Positions 61,008-64,000 of a stretch of DNA of 64,000 nt are shown here, piece by piece (positions within the stretch are counted from its first letter, which is position 1; the number at the start of each line of letters is the position of its first letter). The position numbers were made by a program, and so were the translations under genes. This stretch comes from Nitrosopumilus sp. Its GTDB lineage: Archaea > Thermoproteota > Nitrososphaeria > Nitrososphaerales > Nitrosopumilaceae. The stretch is from positions 2,144,001 to 2,208,000 of the forward strand of contig OZ243974.1 in NCBI GenBank assembly GCA_965214775.1, written 5' to 3'. The notes below the pieces were generated by a model. That model was not told where the DNA came from, did no database searches, and saw only the letters and a program-made list of their open reading frames with translations.

Positions 61008-61652
61008 TTAGCCAGAACGTTGTGATTTTTTCTTCAAAACAGAAAACAATGCTTTGGGAAATTCATCTACAGTTCCACTGAAAACGCTCTCAGTTATTTT
61101 TTGAATATCAAAATCAGAACTAAAAAAATCTTTAATGTCTTGCTTGGAGAACTTGTGGGGAATTCCGTTATCGGGCAAATTTTTCTCCTTGACACTCATG
61201 CATTTTAAAAACAAAGTCCCTCCGTCCCTTAATATTCGCTTAACTTGAGACAGGTACGTTGTTCTTTGTTCGATCTCAAATACGTGAAAAACACCCCTGT
61301 CAAAAACAAAGTCAAAACTGTCATCAGGCAAATTGGAATTTAGAATATTATCTACGACAAAATTCACCCCTTTGTATGAAATCATGCTTGCTTTTTTGAT
61401 GGCGCTATTTGAGACGTCGGTGCCCGTTACGTCAAATCCGTATTTTGATAACTGAATCGCTTGGGTTCCCGGGCCGGTTCCCAAGTCAAGGAAATTTCCC
61501 GAGTTTGGTAAATCCGTTTTGATTTCGTTCTCAATGTCCTGATCAAGGCTTTCGTCATACCAGGGCATGGCTTTGACATCGTTGTCTTTGTAGTATTCCT
61601 CCCATCCGCGAAAAATTTCCTTGAAATTCTTTGCACCGTCATTCATTTTCAT
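61008..61652 (-). CDS. Class I SAM-dependent methyltransferase (TPMT/TehB-like)
   Basis: MPW, LDLGTGPG, FDRGVFH. Confidence 0.88.
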   Translation of the reverse strand: MKMNDGAKNFKEIFRGWEEYYKDNDVKAMPWYDESLDQDIENEIKTDLPNSGNFLDLGTGPGTQAIQLSKYGFDVTGTDVSNSAIKKASMISYKGVNFVVDNILNSNLPDDSFDFVFDRGVFHVFEIEQRTTYLSQVKRILRDGGTLFLKCMSVKEKNLPDNGIPHKFSKQDIKDFFSSDFDIQKITESVFSGTVDEFPKALFSVLKKKSQRSG

Positions 61653-62258
61653 TCAAAATCCGTCAGTAAAAACAACATCAGACAGTAAAAGCTGTCCGCC
61701 ACGGGGCATCGGGGGCTGAACCCGTTTTCCAATGACAATCATCATTGAGATGACATGATCTTCTGGAAGGTTGATTATCTCCCCAACCTTTTCAGGACTG
61801 AATCCTATCATGGGATTTGAGTCATAACCCATAGCTTTTGCCGTCAGCATGATGGTCTGGGCGGCAATTCCGCAGGAACGCATTGCCTCATCACGTTGCA
61901 GTTCGTCTTTTCCTTCATAAAAGGAACCCATTGCATTTGCTAGAGATTCCCGTACTTCTTTTTTTGGGACATCTCTCCAGTACCGTGTGGGATTTTTACC
62001 CCATGCCTTCAAATCCGCACAAAGAATCACGAGCAACGAACAATCAGTTACTTGGGATTGATCAAATGATACTGCACGAATCTGTTTTTTCCTTTCAGGA
62101 TCCTTTACCAAGACAAACCGCCAATTCTGCATGTTAAAGGACGTAGGAGACAGTACTGCCAATGACATGATTTGATCGATTTCATCATCTGTAATGACAT
62201 GATTTTGATCATAATGTTTCACCGAACGGCGTTCTCTGATTGCGTCAAACGTGTCCAT
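61653..62258 (-). CDS. Nitroreductase-family protein
   Basis: RRSVKHY, SPTSFNMQNWRF, A.AMGYDS.PM.GF. Confidence 0.93.
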   Translation of the reverse strand: MDTFDAIRERRSVKHYDQNHVITDDEIDQIMSLAVLSPTSFNMQNWRFVLVKDPERKKQIRAVSFDQSQVTDCSLLVILCADLKAWGKNPTRYWRDVPKKEVRESLANAMGSFYEGKDELQRDEAMRSCGIAAQTIMLTAKAMGYDSNPMIGFSPEKVGEIINLPEDHVISMMIVIGKRVQPPMPRGGQLLLSDVVFTDGF

Positions 62259-62300
62259 GTGGGAATTTGCTCTTGGCTGTATTTGTTTTTTGCAGGAAAT

Positions 62301-62603
62301 TCAACCCGGTTTGATCTCATAAAATTTGATAGGATGTGAAAACTGACGGTTATGATCAACCTCGTTCCAAAACTTTTCCTCATCGATCTCCCTGCCCTCA
62401 GAAACCCAGACGTTTAGGACTTTTTGCATGTACATTTTTGTCGTATCGTCAATTTCAGGGCGTATGCCTGTTTCTTTTTCAATTCTGTCTCTTTGTTCCT
62501 TGAATCCTTTGAGCAGCTCCTTGAGGGTCTTGCCGTTGATTTGGGCGGCCTTTTTGGCCTTTGCTCTGCGTAGATCTTTTTTAAGATTTGACAAAAATCC
62601 CAT
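62301..62603 (-). CDS. Hypothetical protein
   Basis: 100-aa charged ORF, backbone-like. Confidence 0.6.
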   Translation of the reverse strand: MGFLSNLKKDLRRAKAKKAAQINGKTLKELLKGFKEQRDRIEKETGIRPEIDDTTKMYMQKVLNVWVSEGREIDEEKFWNEVDHNRQFSHPIKFYEIKPG

Positions 62604-62693
62604 GTTATGGCTAGATGGAGTGCCGTAAAAAACCTATTTCTGTAATTGGAGGGATGGGGGGCGCGTATGTGTGTTCTGAAGTGGGTGATGATA

Positions 62694-64000
62694 CTAGCTG
62701 CAAGTGACGCTTTGAACCGCAAATGCCTCGTTCATTGTTATGTACTCGTCAATTTTTAATTTGATGTCATCGGGAGTCGTGTCATTCATTCCGGAAAAGC
62801 CTGCTTGGAACGAGATGGAGTTGCTAGTTGCCTTGATGCCGGATACCTCCATGTCTGCATATATGTTTGCAATTTCGTTTACCCAGTCTTTGCCTTCTTG
62901 CGGATCAACGTTTTCAACTTTGATGCTGACGTTGATCATTTTTGTTCCGCTGTCAGTTTGGGGTTCTGCTGCTTGAGGAGGAGGAGGAGTACTTTGAGTC
63001 GAATTTGAAGAGTCATCATAGTAACTTCTTGTTTGCTGGTAATCAGAGCCGTCTGCCAGTTGGGCCTCACCTCTGTTGGTCTGGTAGCCGCCAGACGAGG
63101 AGCTCGTTTGATAGCCGACAAGAAGACTTGGGTCGATTCCTTGCTGTCCTTGTCTTTCATTTTTGAGAGAGCGATTACTTACAAAGAAGAATGCAATGCC
63201 TGCGATGGCTGCCACCCCTGCCATTCCATAAACGATGAAGATTGGAAAATCCCCAGTAGAAGTGGTTGCATACCCTTCTGGAGGAGTCGGAGTTACACCG
63301 GCAATTTCAACGCCATCTAAAACATCCAAAGCGCCAAACCCGATTGCATACAGGTTTCCTATGTAGGGGGATTGAACGCTTCTTACAGTGTAAGGCTGAT
63401 CAGCTACAAATGTTGCTTCGAACACTCTTTCAACCTGACGACCTTCTCTTAGACTGCTTTCGCCCATGGTCCAGCTTGAAACTACAAAGCCTGCGATTTC
63501 TTGGTCAAGACCGAATGTTCCAGCATCCACATTGATTCCCGTGGGATCAAACAAGAAGTGCCACTTGGTTAATGGCTGTTCCAAGATAAAATCGGCATCC
63601 ATCATAGGCATGTGCAAAACATCCTCTGCTTCAGTTCCTGCAAAGTATGCATATACTTCGGGTTCTTGGTCTCGCAGAAGATTAATCGGAATGTTGATTT
63701 CAGTCCCGTCGATGTTTACTTCGCCGTCAACTGACAGTCCTCTCCAACCCAAATCAATCAGGGTTCTCTGGGAGTCCTTGGTAATGATGTAATCAGTCAA
63801 AGTTCCTTCAATGACTACCATATAGTCAATTGAAGTGTTGATGTTTCTGGCCTTGAGGTGAAACTCGTAATTTACATTCATGTCGGAAATTTTTGCCTGA
63901 CTGCCATCTTCTGCAATTCCTTTGTTGAGCCTATTGATCAAATCCTGGACTTCGGGATTTGATGAATCAGAAGAGCCGGATACTGTCCATTCCTTGCCTT
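62694..64000 (-). CDS. Thaumarchaeal membrane-anchored protein (5' end beyond the window)
   Basis: Open to the window edge; TM segment IVYGMAG..AIAGIAFFFV; GGYQTNRGEAQL. Confidence 0.7.
   Translation of the reverse strand, partial: GKEWTVSGSSDSSNPEVQDLINRLNKGIAEDGSQAKISDMNVNYEFHLKARNINTSIDYMVVIEGTLTDYIITKDSQRTLIDLGWRGLSVDGEVNIDGTEINIPINLLRDQEPEVYAYFAGTEAEDVLHMPMMDADFILEQPLTKWHFLFDPTGINVDAGTFGLDQEIAGFVVSSWTMGESSLREGRQVERVFEATFVADQPYTVRSVQSPYIGNLYAIGFGALDVLDGVEIAGVTPTPPEGYATTSTGDFPIFIVYGMAGVAAIAGIAFFFVSNRSLKNERQGQQGIDPSLLVGYQTSSSSGGYQTNRGEAQLADGSDYQQTRSYYDDSSNSTQSTPPPPQAAEPQTDSGTKMINVSIKVENVDPQEGKDWVNEIANIYADMEVSGIKATSNSISFQAGFSGMNDTTPDDIKLKIDEYITMNEAFAVQSVTCS

Overview
Chromosomal window from a Nitrosopumilus-like ammonia-oxidising archaeon (Thaumarchaeota/Nitrososphaerota). 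The assignment is inferred from Nre, thaumarchaeosortase, Alba, CofE, a GGR, the thaumarchaeal 'IPxWVKNxAGWWAxG' repeat and an archaeal RNase P RNA. An AT-rich housekeeping backbone (trxB, cysteine synthase, cofE, serB, proS, egtB/egtD, smc, ino1, dhs, dpo4, dsbA, rnpB) is interrupted by many visibly GC-richer insertions. These include an intact IS66, several IS630 copies, IS481, two IS5-type families, truncated IS110, IS6-like and tyrosine-integrase relics, at least five MITE families and a truncated Hpy99I-type restriction gene. There is also an intact SNF2 + SWIM + wHTH/UPF0175-like island. The most notable observations are: (i) IS630-like elements that appear to carry TA as their own termini, one of which duplicated CG rather than TA; (ii) the SWIM-SNF2 island; (iii) a bridge-RNA-like structured leader on an archaeal IS110; (iv) an Alba protein with 18 perfect acidic decapeptide repeats. 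All family calls come from motif recognition by eye; no database searches were run.
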